From assembly GCA_002269645.1 (NCBI GenBank), contig NIVC01002213.1, positions 1 to 64,000 on the forward strand: a DNA stretch of 64,000 nt, given 5' to 3'. Shown here in pieces: positions 34,840 to 53,172 of this stretch. The notes beneath the pieces were generated by a model. That model saw only the letters and a program-made list of their open reading frames with translations. It did not search any database and was not told the origin of the DNA. The DNA comes from Macrostomum lignano. Lineage: Eukaryota. The position numbers were made by a program, and so were the translations under genes. Position 1 is the stretch's first letter. Each line of letters opens with the position of its first letter.

Positions 34840-37800
34840 ATGTGGTGCCGCAGGCTGGCCACCCTGGCTCGCGGGCACCCATACCGCAGCGCCTGCGCTC
34901 TGCTGGCCCTGTTCGCCTGCACCCAGCTGATGATCAACTCCAGCCTGGTCTGCTCCGTGCTGTTCAGCCAGCGCGCCGAGCCCGCCATCTACACGCCCGG
35001 CCTGCCACTCGGCGGCCGCCACATCGCCAACGGGACGGCGCCGACTTCGGCCGCTGCTGGCCGCCTCATCGATCTGCCGCTGCTCGATGGCAACAGCAGC
35101 GCCTCGCTGGCCGAGGCCGACTTGGACCCCGCCGATTCGGCCGCCAGCAAGCTGCCGCTGTGCCCCAACGTGCCGCCCAAGCTGCGCGGCCTGCTGCCCA
35201 AGGCGGAGATCCTGTCCGACCCGGTCAGGTCGCCCTCCTGGTCCGAGTTGGCCGCCCAGTTCCCGGACGTCCGGCACGGCGGGTCCCGGCCGGCCGACTG
35301 CCAGGCCCGGCAGCGGGTGGCCATCGTGGTGCCCTTCAGAAACAGGGACGCCCACCTGCGGCTGTTCCTGGCCAACCTGGTGCCCATGCTGCAGCGGCAG
35401 CAGCTGCACTTTAAGGTGTTCGCCATTGAGCAGGTGAGAATGAGCCTTAAATAATTGTTGCCCGAGCTGCTCTTTGTCAGTGACGCAAGAGCCAGCCTCT
35501 GTTGGTAGTAGAATTTTTTAAATTGATTTTTAAAGGCCAATTGATTTTTGACTGCCATTCTGGCATCGGGATTTTCAGGCCTGAGGGCGAATAAATAATG
35601 GCATCTGACGAAAAAAACCCCAATTGTTGATGTAGACGGTTATGTAGGGCCAGGAGATGGAGCCAGGATTAATTAATGAGCCCTGGTCTACTTATCTTTA
35701 CAATCTCACTCAATGTTAAAAAATTGCTAGAGCACAGGTGTGCTCAAACGACATTAGCTAACTGGCTTTCCGGGAATTTTCAGGATCGAACGGGATTAAC
35801 ATTTTTTGGGGTGGATTCCGGGATTTTGGGATAAGCTTAAAAGTTATGGCTGATAAAGTGCGAAAAAAGCCCTGTGTTTCATAGAAAATTGCACCTTCCA
35901 GAAGGAATATGACTCGCTTGACAAAGACTCTTATCGATTGCAAGCGTTCTCCGTTCTTATTCTCCCGCCCTGATCAAATCTTGCTGCAGTTAGTTAATGC
36001 CATTCATTATCCAGGCAGCGACAGCCTGGCGCAGCCTTTTGCTTACTGTTTGTCGCTAGTAATCCTGATAATCGGCTGCCAATGAAAGCCGGCCGGCTGC
36101 TTATGTTATTAAATCATTGCCAGGCAGTGCATTGAGCTCCCCTTCCGCCCAGGTTGGCTCTGTTCTATCCTATCTGCTCAGAGCGGAGCCCCGCCCTGCG
36201 CCTGCCTTTGCCTGTGCATTCCGCTAATTCTTACTGTCGGTTGTCAGTAGATACTCGTAGGCTTCCTTTCCCACAGCTGCCTTTGCTTTGCCTTTCTTTC
36301 GCTATTCGATCTAGGAATGCGCTGTTTGAAGGACTTGACCGGGGTAAAGCTACCTGTCCTGAAGTTGCCGGGGCAGAAACTACCTGTCCTGAAGTAGCAG
36401 AAACCACCTGTCCTGAAGTAGCCGGGGCAGAAACTACCTGTCCTGAAGTAGCAGAAACTACCTGTCCTGAAGTAGCCGGGGCAGAAACTACCTGTCCTGA
36501 AGTAGCCGGGGCAAAACCTGTCCTGAAGTAGCCGGGGCAAAAACTATCTGTCCTGAAGTAGCCGGGTAAAAGCTACCTGTAGTGAAGTTGTCAAGGTAAA
36601 AGCTACCTGTCGTGAAGTTGTCAAGGTAAAAGCTACCTGTCGTGAAGCTGTCAAGGTAAAAGCTACCTGTCGTGAAGTTGTCAAGGTAAAAGCTACCTGC
36701 CGTGAAGTTGTCAAGGTAAAAGCTACCTGTCGTGAAGTTGTCAAGGTAAAAGCTACCTGTCGTGAAGTTGTCAAGGTAAAAGCTACCTGTCGTGAAGTTG
36801 TCAAGGTAAAAGCTACCTGTCGTGAAGTTGTCAAGGTAAAAGCTACCTGTCGTGAAGTTGTCAAGGTAAAAGCTACCTGTCGTGAAGTTGTCAAGGTAAA
36901 AGCTACCTGTCGTGAAGTTGTCAAGGTAAAAGCTACCTGTCGTGAAGTTGTCAAGGTAAAAGCTACCTGTCGTGAAGTTGTCAAGGTAAAAGCTACCTGT
37001 CGTGAAGTTGTCAAGGTAAAAGCTACCTGTCGTGAAGTTGTCAAGGTAAAAGCTACCTGTCGTGAAGTTGTCAAGGTAAAAGCTACCTGTCGTGAAGTTG
37101 TCAAGGTAAAAGCTACCTGTCGTGAAGTTGTCAAGGTAAAAGCTACCTGTCGTGAAGTTGTCAAGGTAAAAGCTACCTGTCGTGAAGTTGTCAAGGTAAA
37201 AGCTACCTGTCGTGAAGTTGTCAAGGTAAAAGCTACCTGTCGTGAAGTTGTCAAGGTAAAAGCTACCTGTCGTGAAGTTGTCAAGGTAAAAGCTACCTGT
37301 CGTGAAGTTGTCAAGGTAAAAGCTACCTGTCGTGAAGTTGTCAAGGTAAAAGCTACCTGTCGTGAAGTTGTCAAGGTAAAAGCTACTTGTCGTGAAGTTG
37401 TCAAGGTAAAAGCAACTTGTCGTGAAGTTGTCAAGGTAAAAGCTACCTGTCCTGAAGTAGCCGAGGTGAAGCTACCTGTTGGACAGAAGGCAAATAGACT
37501 CACTACTAAGACTTGTACCCCGTCAGCTGTGAGTGCGCACTTCCACCCGTTTGCACTGAACCCGCTCATCTAATTGAAGCCGCACTCGCCACTCGCAGGC
37601 GGGCACCACGCGGTTCAATCGGGCCATGCTGTTCAACATTGGCTTCAAGGAGGCCATGCGGCTGTTCAAGCCCAACTGCTTCATCTTCCACGACGTTGAC
37701 CTGCTGCCCGAGCACGATCACAACATGTACAGGTGCGGTGCCCACCCCAGGCACATGAGCGCGGCCGTGGACAAGTTCAAGTACCGCCTGCCCTACGCCA

Positions 37801-38100
37801 CCATCTTCGGCGGCGCCTGCGCCCTCACGCCGCGGCAATTCAAGGCCATCAACGGATTTTCGAATTTGTTCTTCGGCTGGGGCGGCGAGGACGACGACTT
37901 TGCTAACAGAGTGGTCTGGTCCGGCTTCAAGATCAGCCGCTACCCGCTGTCCATCGCCCGCTACACCATGATCAAGCACAAGACCGAGGAGAAGAACAAG
38001 CCCAACCCTATGCGGTGAGCCCGGGCCTGCTAGTTCTGGTGGGGTGGCGGATAGATAGATAGAAAGATAGATAGATAGATAGATCGATAGATAGATAGGC

Positions 38101-38150
<50 letters not shown>

Positions 38151-38209
38151 GCAGATAGATAGATAGGCAGATAGATAGATAGGCAGATAGATAGATAGGC
38201 AGATAGATG

Positions 38210-38303
<94 letters not shown>

Positions 38304-39759
38304 CAGATAGATAGACAGATAGATAGATAGATAGACAGATAGATAGACAGATAGATAGACAGATAGATAGACAGATAGATCGATAGATAGAAAAAGACAG
38401 GCGGTCCCATGAGCCTGTGTAAAGCGAGCATTGGTTGTGCGAGCAAACTGAACGCAAAAGCCGCTTCGTCAAACCGGGGTCATTTCATAAAACCCTAATT
38501 TTCACGTCGAAACTCGAACGTTTTATAAAACCTACATTTTATAAACCCTAATTTTCACAACGTCGAAAAGCCGTGCAAAGAATTTCACAACGCCTAATAG
38601 CACTATAGAGATACGATATTTTACAAGCCACAAATCGTATCTCCATAGTGCTTTTAGGCGTTGTGATGAAATTTAGAGTTTGTGCAGTCTGATGCAAATT
38701 TTGTTATTGACGTCGTGAAATTTAGAGCTTATGAAATTCTGTGCACGACTTTTTCGACGTTATGAAAATTAGGGTTTCTGAAATTTAGAGCTTATGAAAG
38801 TTTGTCTTGAGACGTTGTGAAATTAAGGGTTTGTGAAATTTAGGGCTGTAAAAGCGACCGGCTGAGTCCGGTTTCCTCTTGCCCCTTGTGCCCCTCCCCC
38901 CTTGGCCTGGCCTCCAATATTGAGCTGGATATGTGATGCCCTTGTGGCTTGCAGCCCCATAGGTAGGCTGCTAGGGACTGCCTGATGGGAGACTCGCCCT
39001 CGGATACAAGCCTTTCAGACTCGCTCCAATAGTTAAGCCCTTTCCAAGACTTCTGGGTTTCCCCGCTCTTGGACGGCTTCAGTAGTATACCCAACATTTT
39101 CATTTCCAATTCTGTTTTTCGCGCACTCCCGAGGACTTGTCTGCTGGGGGGGGGGTAGCCTGGGTGGACTCGGTCCTAGCACCGTCCCTGATTCCACTTT
39201 TGGGTTGGCGGTGTCTTAGTCCATAGGCTTGGGTTGGCAGATTCCCCTGGCCCAGACGTCAGGGTCCAATCTCGGGGTATCTCGGGCTATATGCCCCTGG
39301 TAGTGCCCCTCGGCGGCAGAGCCCCTCCCAGGGCTGATCTGCGGGTAGCTCCCGGCTTCCCACCCCCGTTTAACAACAACAACAAAAGCGACCCGGCAAG
39401 CCGATGGGAGCTTGTTCACAGCGCAGATATCGCAGTATTTGCAAAGCCGAAATGCATTGCATTAATCAGTGCAAAGCTGATTAATGTCTGTGTTTGCTCT
39501 AGATTCCCGACTTTCAGGAGTCGGCTGTTCCTGCCTGCATAATCTCAAATCGATTTTTTAATCCCCATTAAACCTGGCCAGCTTCAAGCTAATTAAATTC
39601 GGCAAAAAGCGCTGGCACTCCGACGGCCTGAACAGCCTGCAGTACACGGTGAGCCGGGTGCAGGACCGGCAGCTGGCCTACTTCATCTCCGTAGAGATTC
39701 CCGAGTCTCAAATTCTGCGTAGAGCCGTGAGTTATCGAACTTGTGCGTTGGTTATGTGA
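34840..39759 (+). CDS. bre-4: Beta-1,4-galactosyltransferase family (GT7) enzyme, probably beta-1,4-N-acetylgalactosaminyltransferase (BRE-4-like), about 395 aa, 3 exons
   Basis: Exons 34840-35433, 37599-38014, 39582-39759 (1188 nt, in frame). Type II TM anchor, [28 protein letters not shown] (DxD), [30 protein letters not shown] at 39727 could be the donor for an alternative last exon. Confidence 0.93.
36347..37470. repeat. Compound minisatellite: 21/27-bp units followed by about 29 near-identical 30-bp units (GTCGTGAAGTTGTCAAGGTAAAAGCTACCT)
   Basis: Tandem units in intron 1 of the GT7 gene; homogeneous core at about 36575-37450. Confidence 0.97.
38050..38390. repeat. (GATA)n/(GACA)n microsatellite
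   Basis: Direct reading; starts about 35 nt after the donor site at 38015. Confidence 0.98.
38481..38841. mobile_element. Foldback/MITE-like long imperfect palindrome with internal subrepeats
   Basis: The arm AATTTCACAACGCCTAATAGCACTATAGAGATACGAT pairs with ATCGTATCTCCATAGTGCTTTTAGGCGTTGTG around a 16-nt loop (38618-38633). The outer arms AAACCCTAATTTTCACAACGTCGAAAAG and CTTTTTCGACGTTATGAAAATTAGGGTTT also pair. Confidence 0.75.
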
Positions 39760-39855
39760 GGGGTGGTTGGGCGTTCTGGCGTCTGCTCCTAGTCTTGAGT
39801 GTGCCAGCAATATCATTTACCAGATAGATGGAACCAATCTCCCGAACTAGCTTAG

Positions 39856-40101
39856 GTGGCACCGGGAATCTGCTGTATTATTGATTAGGTAGCACCGGGA
39901 ATCTGCTGTATTATTGATTAGGTAGCACCGGGAATCTGTTGTATTATTGATTAGGTGGCACCGGGAATCTGCTGTATTATTGATTAGGTGGCACCGGGAA
40001 TCTGCTGTATTATTAATTAGGTGGCACCGGGAATCTGCTGTATTATTAATTAGGTGGCACCGGGAATCTGCTGTATTATTGATTAGGTGGCACCGGGAAT
40101 C
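39856..40101. repeat. Minisatellite, 33-bp unit (GGTGGCACCGGGAATCTGCTGTATTATTGATTA), about 7.5 copies
   Basis: Contiguous tandem units without spacers. Confidence 0.95.
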
Positions 40102-40158
40102 TGTGCCCCGGCCAATCCGGTGCGATGGCGGTGGAGGGTACCACTTTCCTACTACTCA

Positions 40159-40217
<59 letters not shown>

Positions 40218-40266
40218 GTGTCTGTGTGTCTGTCTGCCCGCCTGTCTGCCTGTCTGTCTCTGTCTG
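40159..40266. repeat. (TGTC)n microsatellite
   Basis: Direct reading. Confidence 0.95.
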
Positions 40267-43200
40267 TCCCTCATTCAGCCCATTAGGCAGCCAGTCCGCT
40301 CCCATCAGCGCACCCGCCCATCTCATTTCAGAAGCTGCTCTGACGCCGGCTCGGCTGTTGCAACTCACCCCGGCCCGGCAGTCAGGTGTTTTTTTACCAG
40401 AGTCTTTCATATTCCCTCGCACCTTTCAAATCTGTTATCAGTTAATCTGTTTTAATTACCGTGGACATATGTAGCGAGCACATTTTCACTTCCTGTTGTT
40501 TTTCTCATTGGCTGACGTTTTGCTCGCTATCGCCTACTGACAGTAGCGTAGTGCGCGCGAACCTCAAGATTTGTCACTTGCTAAATAAAAATTAATTCGC
40601 TGGGATTTGAATTCCTATAAAGCTGAGTGTTGTTTGTTTTAATCGGTCTTGATTTGCCGTATTTCAATCGGATGAAAGCCGAAGCTCATCCATGCTCGAT
40701 CCTCGCCATGCCTCGCTATGGAGGGCGGCCGCCGTCACTCCTGATCGAATGCAATTTTCTACCTTCAAATTCATTTGAATTCTATTGTCAGCTTGTCAGC
40801 TACTGCACTTATTTAACACTAGGTTAGTCAGTCGTCGAATTTGATTGTAAACTTTTGCTAATTTTATTGCCAGTATTTGATGCTCGCCCGCCTCCCTGTA
40901 AAAGCGATGCATTTCCTCTTGGCTTTTGGCAGACTGTAGGATCTTCCTGCTCTTAAATCTTTGTTGCTCTGAACTTCTTTCATTCCCAACTGTAGAACTA
41001 CTAAGTGGGGTGGCGATGTGAAATTCAAATCAAGCAGAAGGCAAGGGGACAGCTTTGGTAGAATGACAATACATTTTGTTTCTTAAGAAAAAATTGAAGG
41101 CCAACTTCACGAGAATGGTTCATATTTTCAGCCAAGAAATAGCTGTTTCATCTTGTTTTGCGTCTAGATATTCATGTACATCACAGTCTAAGTCTTGTCT
41201 TTGACTAAAAGCTTCAATTCGTCATCCCCTCGAATGCCCCGAATTATCTGTCAGTTTGATGGTGTGTCTGTGTGTCCCAGAGCCTGCAATATCAAACGTT
41301 TGTTGCAGACTTCTACTGTAATAATACTGTAAGATTGATTATTATTCTGCACTAATTGATTATATTAAACATTGATTAAACTCGGAATCAATTATTTCAG
41401 TTTTGCTTTTTAAGATTCACCAAACGGCTGCTTGAATTTTAATGAAGTTTGCTGCTTTTGCAGGCTTGCGATTCCTGAATTAGTTGGGAGCTCAATTGCT
41501 GACCGAACCGCTTTGTTTGACTCATTTACCTGACATTCCTTCGAATTGCTGCCTACTTGTCAGTAGTAAGAGGGTAGTAGCAGCAGGTAATATAATTTAA
41601 TTATTCGTTTAGCCTGCTAAATACATGTAAATATGCTTGTCTAAACTACGAGTAATCTGTCTGAATCAGGTGACGTATTGATGCTGAGATTGCTTTCTCT
41701 CTGCTTTAAAATACAGACTACTACTATAAGTAGCTTATATATTTTTTAGCTACGTGCGATCAAACTGTCCGGCAAACATACAACGCCTGGTCAATTGCCA
41801 AGACGAACAAGAGAGATCATTTTAATCCTGTACAATACATAGTTTTTACCCTCTAGTTCATGGACTCTATATAGGAGGCCTTTTTCCGCTGCAATGAGTG
41901 CCTGGGAGGTGCCTGCAGTGTCGGCAGCAGCACATGCACCGCTTTTAGGCAGTACAGCTGGGCAGAGTCGGCGGCTCTGAGAAACTGATGTCAAATACCA
42001 TCAATTTATTTTATCGAATTCAAGAGTTCCTTTGTAGGATCAATGATTTTATAATTCTTGAGACTTCTAGACTTCTAGCAAATGTCAAATTCGAGTAATG
42101 GAATCTGAAGTGGAGAGTGGAGTCTTCTGCAACTTCTTTGGACCAGACTCCGCAGTGTAGAGGTAAGGTAGAGATGTTGGTATTTATTGATAGTTTGACA
42201 TTGAATTTTTCACCCGATGTCAGCCGGCATCAGACAATCTACGCTGCCATCATTAGTCTGGCATCAGAACCAGACTATAATTACGATAGGATACTTAATA
42301 TATGGTGATGTTGAGCTTGGGTAATTCGCCAGCCGCATCAGACAAAAATTAGTGAAATTCCGTGAAAATGCAGCACTGGAGGCTCGCGGCTCTGTGTTGT
42401 GAGTTGCCACTTCTGTGTTGCCTTGTGTCAACTGTCAGAATAGGCCCTCTGATTCACCCTGATTCGAGCTGAATTGGCCAAAGCCTTGTGCTTTGATTTC
42501 TTGGCCTAGGACGTGATCGATCCGGAAATTCCCTGGCTGTGCGACCGTGTCCCATGGCATAATCTTGTCCGATGTTTCCTTTTTTGCCTAAATAGAATAG
42601 CTTACTAAAGCAGAAGCTGGGAAAGGAGTTTTGGAAGGGTCCCGGCTCTCCCACTCTCTCACTTTTCTTTGTACACCCCCTGTTCCGGCTAAATTGGAAC
42701 TAATCATGGTCACGTGATCACTTGTGCCGCGAGGATTCGCTGTTGTGCGGACGGTTAGGCCTCTCTCCTCTCCCCCCTTCCCGGTCGATTCTTAGTGCAG
42801 CCCCCGTCGCACCCGCCACCCCCACGCCAACCCCCCAAAGCCTGCCCCGAGATGCGATATCTTTCTCTTCAGTCAGCCAGTCATAACCTTATTTGCATAT
42901 GTTAATGACCCCCGGCCTCGACTAGACTTTACTCCAGTGTGATTCAGCCATTAAGATAGCCGGGGCGGCCAGTCCTAACCCCCAAAATAGCCCACCCCAG
43001 TCATCCGGCCTCAGCTCTCGTATATACTTGCTATACTGCTATAGCCCCGGAACCGCAGACACAGCCAGCTCTAGACGAACTCAGATTCATTACTGTTTAA
43101 AGATCGGCGATAACTTCATAGCTCATATTCAAACCAATTTCTCAACAGAAATATACTAACCAAAGGTAAGGAATTTCTGTGATGTTGCTCCGGCTGCTTT

Positions 43201-43562
43201 TTTATAAACTGATTCTACCCAAATTGTCAAATCAATTACATTTATTTTACTGATGGCTTCTTGAATAGAAATTTAAACACTGACTTGATATTGATACCAA
43301 ATTAAAATTTGATAACATTAAATATTATCATTTATTTGTTATACAGCAACACTATTATTAGTATTGCTTCATTTAGGTGTATTGAATTAAGGAAAATGTT
43401 GTTTTGCGTGGAGGGAAGAGGTATTAAAACAAATTAGCCATTTCAAATGTAAATCAAACACTAGATTTATTTATCCAAAACATGCCGAGCTACTTACCAG
43501 TTGGGACGACGAAACAGTAGTATCTCTCACACTGCTAAACAATTTTTACATTGGCAGATTGA

Positions 43563-49877
<6,315 letters not shown>

Positions 49878-50596
49878 GTCACTGTGAGCGGCCTCGAGGA
49901 GGTCGGGTCTCTTAGGCAGACCCAATTAAATCCGAATTTCCCTAAACGCAAGGAAATTCATTGGCGAGTTAGGAAATTTTACACCCCCCCGAATTGCTGC
50001 ATTTTGCTTCCCATTTATGAAGACGAACAAGAAGGTTCAGCGGAAATTTCCCACCTCGCCAATGCATGCCCTCGCTGGAGTGCTTGGCCCCGACCCCATC
50101 CCAAGCGAATCTTTGTGTACAGATGTCGCATGGTTACTCAACTCTACCCGAGAGGGTTTGTTAATATTTTAACTTAGTTAATTAGTCGGGGTGCTTCAGT
50201 GTCCCGCTGTCTCCTTGCGAATCCATCCGGCTGACCTTGTTTTATGCTTTAAAATTCCCTCTTTGTTTTTAGTTGAGGCGGCAGCTCAGTGGGAGTTGCT
50301 CAGCTGCCTGCTTCTTCTCCCGTTGCGCAAGTGCGCTGAGTACGCCTTCCCCTGTTTACTGACATCCCGGGGCTTGCTTATCTTACTGATTATTTAAATA
50401 CTCGTAATAGCAATAAAGATAGTAATAGTTCGATGGTAATAATACCAATAACCGTTCCAATCAGTAATATTGAGCGTTCGAAAATTGAAATTTGCTTTTT
50501 GTTGTCTTAATGGTTTTACAAAACTATCAGCTCGCTAAATTAGAATTTTGCTGTCTATATAAAAGGTTAATAGGGTGATAGACGAGACTCCGTGTG

Positions 50597-50903
50597 TAAC
50601 ACTTGACAGCCAATCTAACACTTGACAGCCAATCTAACACTTGACAGCCAATCTCACACTTGACAGCCAATCTCACACTTGACAGCCATTCTAACACTTG
50701 ACAGCCAATCTAACACTTGACAGCCATTCTAACACTTGACAGCCAATCTAACACTTGACAGCCAATCTAACACTTGACAGCCAATTTAACACTTGACAGC
50801 CAATTTAACACTTGACAGCCAATCTAACACTTGACAGCCAATCTCACATTTGACAGCCAATCTAACACTTGACAGCCAATCTAACACTTGACAGCCAATC
50901 TAA
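50597..50903. repeat. Minisatellite, 19-bp unit (TAACACTTGACAGCCAATC), about 16 copies
   Basis: Direct reading. Confidence 0.95.
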
Positions 50904-50957
50904 CAGAAGACAGTCCCAGTCTAACAGGTCTGCCCAGTCTAATAGAAGACAGTCTCA

Positions 50958-51260
50958 GTTTTGTAGACTTGTAGAAGTTTTGTTAGAAGATTTGTAGATT
51001 CGAGGGAGCCGGCCCAGCACCGGCTGCAGCCGTGACAGCAGAACCCTGTTAAACAGCTTAGCCGTGCAGTACATTGGTGAACTGCCGCGATGCTCTTCGA
51101 TCTTGACGGAGCCTGGTTTCTTTGGTATCCCGACGATATACGCAGTCCACCACTCACCAGGGGCGGGGCCCCCAGCTAGCACGCACTTCATCACTCGCGT
51201 GACTCCCAACGCGACCTGCGAGAAGTCGACGCGACAACAACTACTATACATAGTACATAA
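50958..51260 (-). mobile_element. RTE-like LINE fragment (N-terminal part of RT) embedded in a 21-bp minisatellite
   Basis: EWWTAYIVGIPKKPGSVKIEEHRGSSPMYCTAKLFNRVLLSRLQPVL matches W..A.IV.IPKKG...YRGISL...KLFNR.LL.RL. Confidence 0.85.
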
Positions 51261-51264
51261 TCAC

Positions 51265-51622
51265 ACCCAGTCTAACAGAAGACAGTCCCAGTCCAACAAA
51301 AGACAGTCCCAGTCCAACAGAAGACAGTCCCGGTCTAACAGAAGACAGTCCCAGTCTAACAGAAGACAGTCCCAGTCTAACAGAAGACAGTCCCAGTCTA
51401 ACAGAAGACAGTCCCAGTCTAACAGAAGACAGTCCCAGTCTACAGAAGACAGTCCCAGTCTAACAGAAGACAGTCCCGGTCTAACAGAAGACAGTCCCAG
51501 TCTTACATAAGACAGTCCCAGTCTAACAGAAGACAGTCCCAGTCTTACAGAAGACAGTCCCAGCCTAACACAAGACAGTCCCAGTCTAACACAAGACAGT
51601 CCCAGTCTAACAGAAGACAGTC
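51265..51622. repeat. Minisatellite, 21-bp unit (TAACAGAAGACAGTCCCAGTC), about 17 copies; 2-3 more copies at 50901-50957
   Basis: Direct reading; the array is split by the LINE fragment. Confidence 0.95.
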
Positions 51623-52155
51623 TAATTTGAGGACAGCCCAGCCCATTTGAATGCCGTCAAGGACTCAATGGACAATTAGATGCAGCTTGCGGAATTCCTT
51701 TAACGGGGAAAATAGTTTATTCGATAAAAAAAGCTTTTTGTTGGGCATGGTAAATCGTAATTGGGTATTGTGACGAGACCGCAATGATTTTGTTATAGTT
51801 GATAAGCGTTTGGCGAGCCTTCACACGCTGGGATATCGAAAATTCGCCGAGTCTTGCCGCCTTTTATTATCGCTACTGCACGCGCTGCGCTGGGCGACAA
51901 AAAAACGCACGAGAAGGGGGCGCGCATACAAATTTGCGGGGAGAAAGCAGCTTTAGTGTCTAATGTTCGCAATCACATTGAAAATAAATATTTAAATCAC
52001 ATTTTGCACTGACTAAAACAAAGCGGTGTACCTCCTATAATACAGGTAAGTTAGGCGAGCGGTTCTTGGAAAATAACATTTTCGTCACTGAGGACATCGG
52101 GTCGCCTGCAGACACAGCGCGTGGCCTTCATCAAACTAGGGATCCCCGGCTCGGA

Positions 52156-53172
52156 CTAGTCCTGACCGTGCATCTTGATGTAATCGGCCAGGTCGTCGTT
52201 CGACTTCCACTCCGACGGTGAGGGGAAGTCTGGGCAGAGCGCGAACAGCAGCGACTCGCGGTCGCCCAGCGGGTTCACGACGTCTAGGAATTCGAATCCC
52301 TCCTGGGACTTCATCCAGTCGCGGTAGTACTGGAAGCTGCGGAACTGGATGAGGATGATGTACTCGGGAGCCGTGCTGTTGCCTTTGATGCGCAGGCCCA
52401 GATTGTTGTTAGCAACCACGCGGCCACTGTACTTCTGGATGCCCCGCTTGAGGCCGTTAAGCTTCTCGATGGCGGCCGGGACGTCCTCGCGCTTGCAGAA
52501 CACGTTGTTGAGGAACCAAATGTTGTTGCCTAAAGCGGGTGCGCATGGTGCGGAGGTTTTTTTAGATTATGATGCCCAAAACACTCTACTGAGAGGCAGG
52601 ATAAGTAGTAGCATTCTAAACATTTTATTCCCTTACCGTCTTTTGTTGCCTCGGCCTCGTCCAGCTTGATCAGCCAAGCCTCGTGTGTGTGGCTCAGCAG
52701 GTCGTTGCCCATGAAGTTGGGGTCGCTGTCCATCCATTCGTAACCCTTCTTGCCGTCGCGGAAACGGCAGGCGCCGACTGCGATCCATGACGGGGTGTTC
52801 TTCTCCTTCTCGATCGACATCTGGGGTTCAATGGGATAAAGGAGGTTCCGGGCTCGTAAATAATTCGTAAAACAACAAACTCCCTTGCTGATATCAAACA
52901 AGTCGAGCTCTTACATCGTGTGAAATGCCGAGGTACTCGCCCGTGAGAACTTCAACAACCCGCTTAGACTTCATGGCCAGGTTGCGGTACGTCCGGCGCT
53001 CCTTCTCGTGGAAGCGACTGAGCACGATGACCTGCTTGTTGCGGAATCGGGCCTCGATCTCGTCCATGGAGATGCTGTTGTCACCATCGTCGAGGCCGTT
53101 GCCCCAGACGGCGGGGCAGTTGTTGCGCACGGACTCTGCCGGCGGCTCCTTCGGTGCAGCCCAGGGAAACAT
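52156..53172 (-). CDS. Uncharacterised protein with two DUF1330-like (dimeric alpha/beta barrel) repeats, 271 aa, 3 exons
   Basis: Exons 53172-52915, 52820-52637, 52529-52156 (816 nt, canonical sites, in frame; in-frame stop upstream of the ATG). KYSGRVVA...IKGNSTAPEYIILIQFRSFQYYRDWMKSQE resembles the DUF1330 pattern (kyGGr.lv...leG....vviieFps.e.a..wy.S.eY). The family assignment is by eye. Confidence 0.75.

Noticed and set aside
38840-39380. Possible LINE 5' UTR/ORF relic on the minus strand
   Set aside because: GC-rich and element-like, but no diagnostic protein motif or terminus, so not listed as a feature.
39856-40101. 33-bp repeats of CRISPR-like length (also the 30-33 bp arrays elsewhere)
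   Set aside because: Units are contiguous with no unique spacers, there are no cas genes, and the context is eukaryotic.
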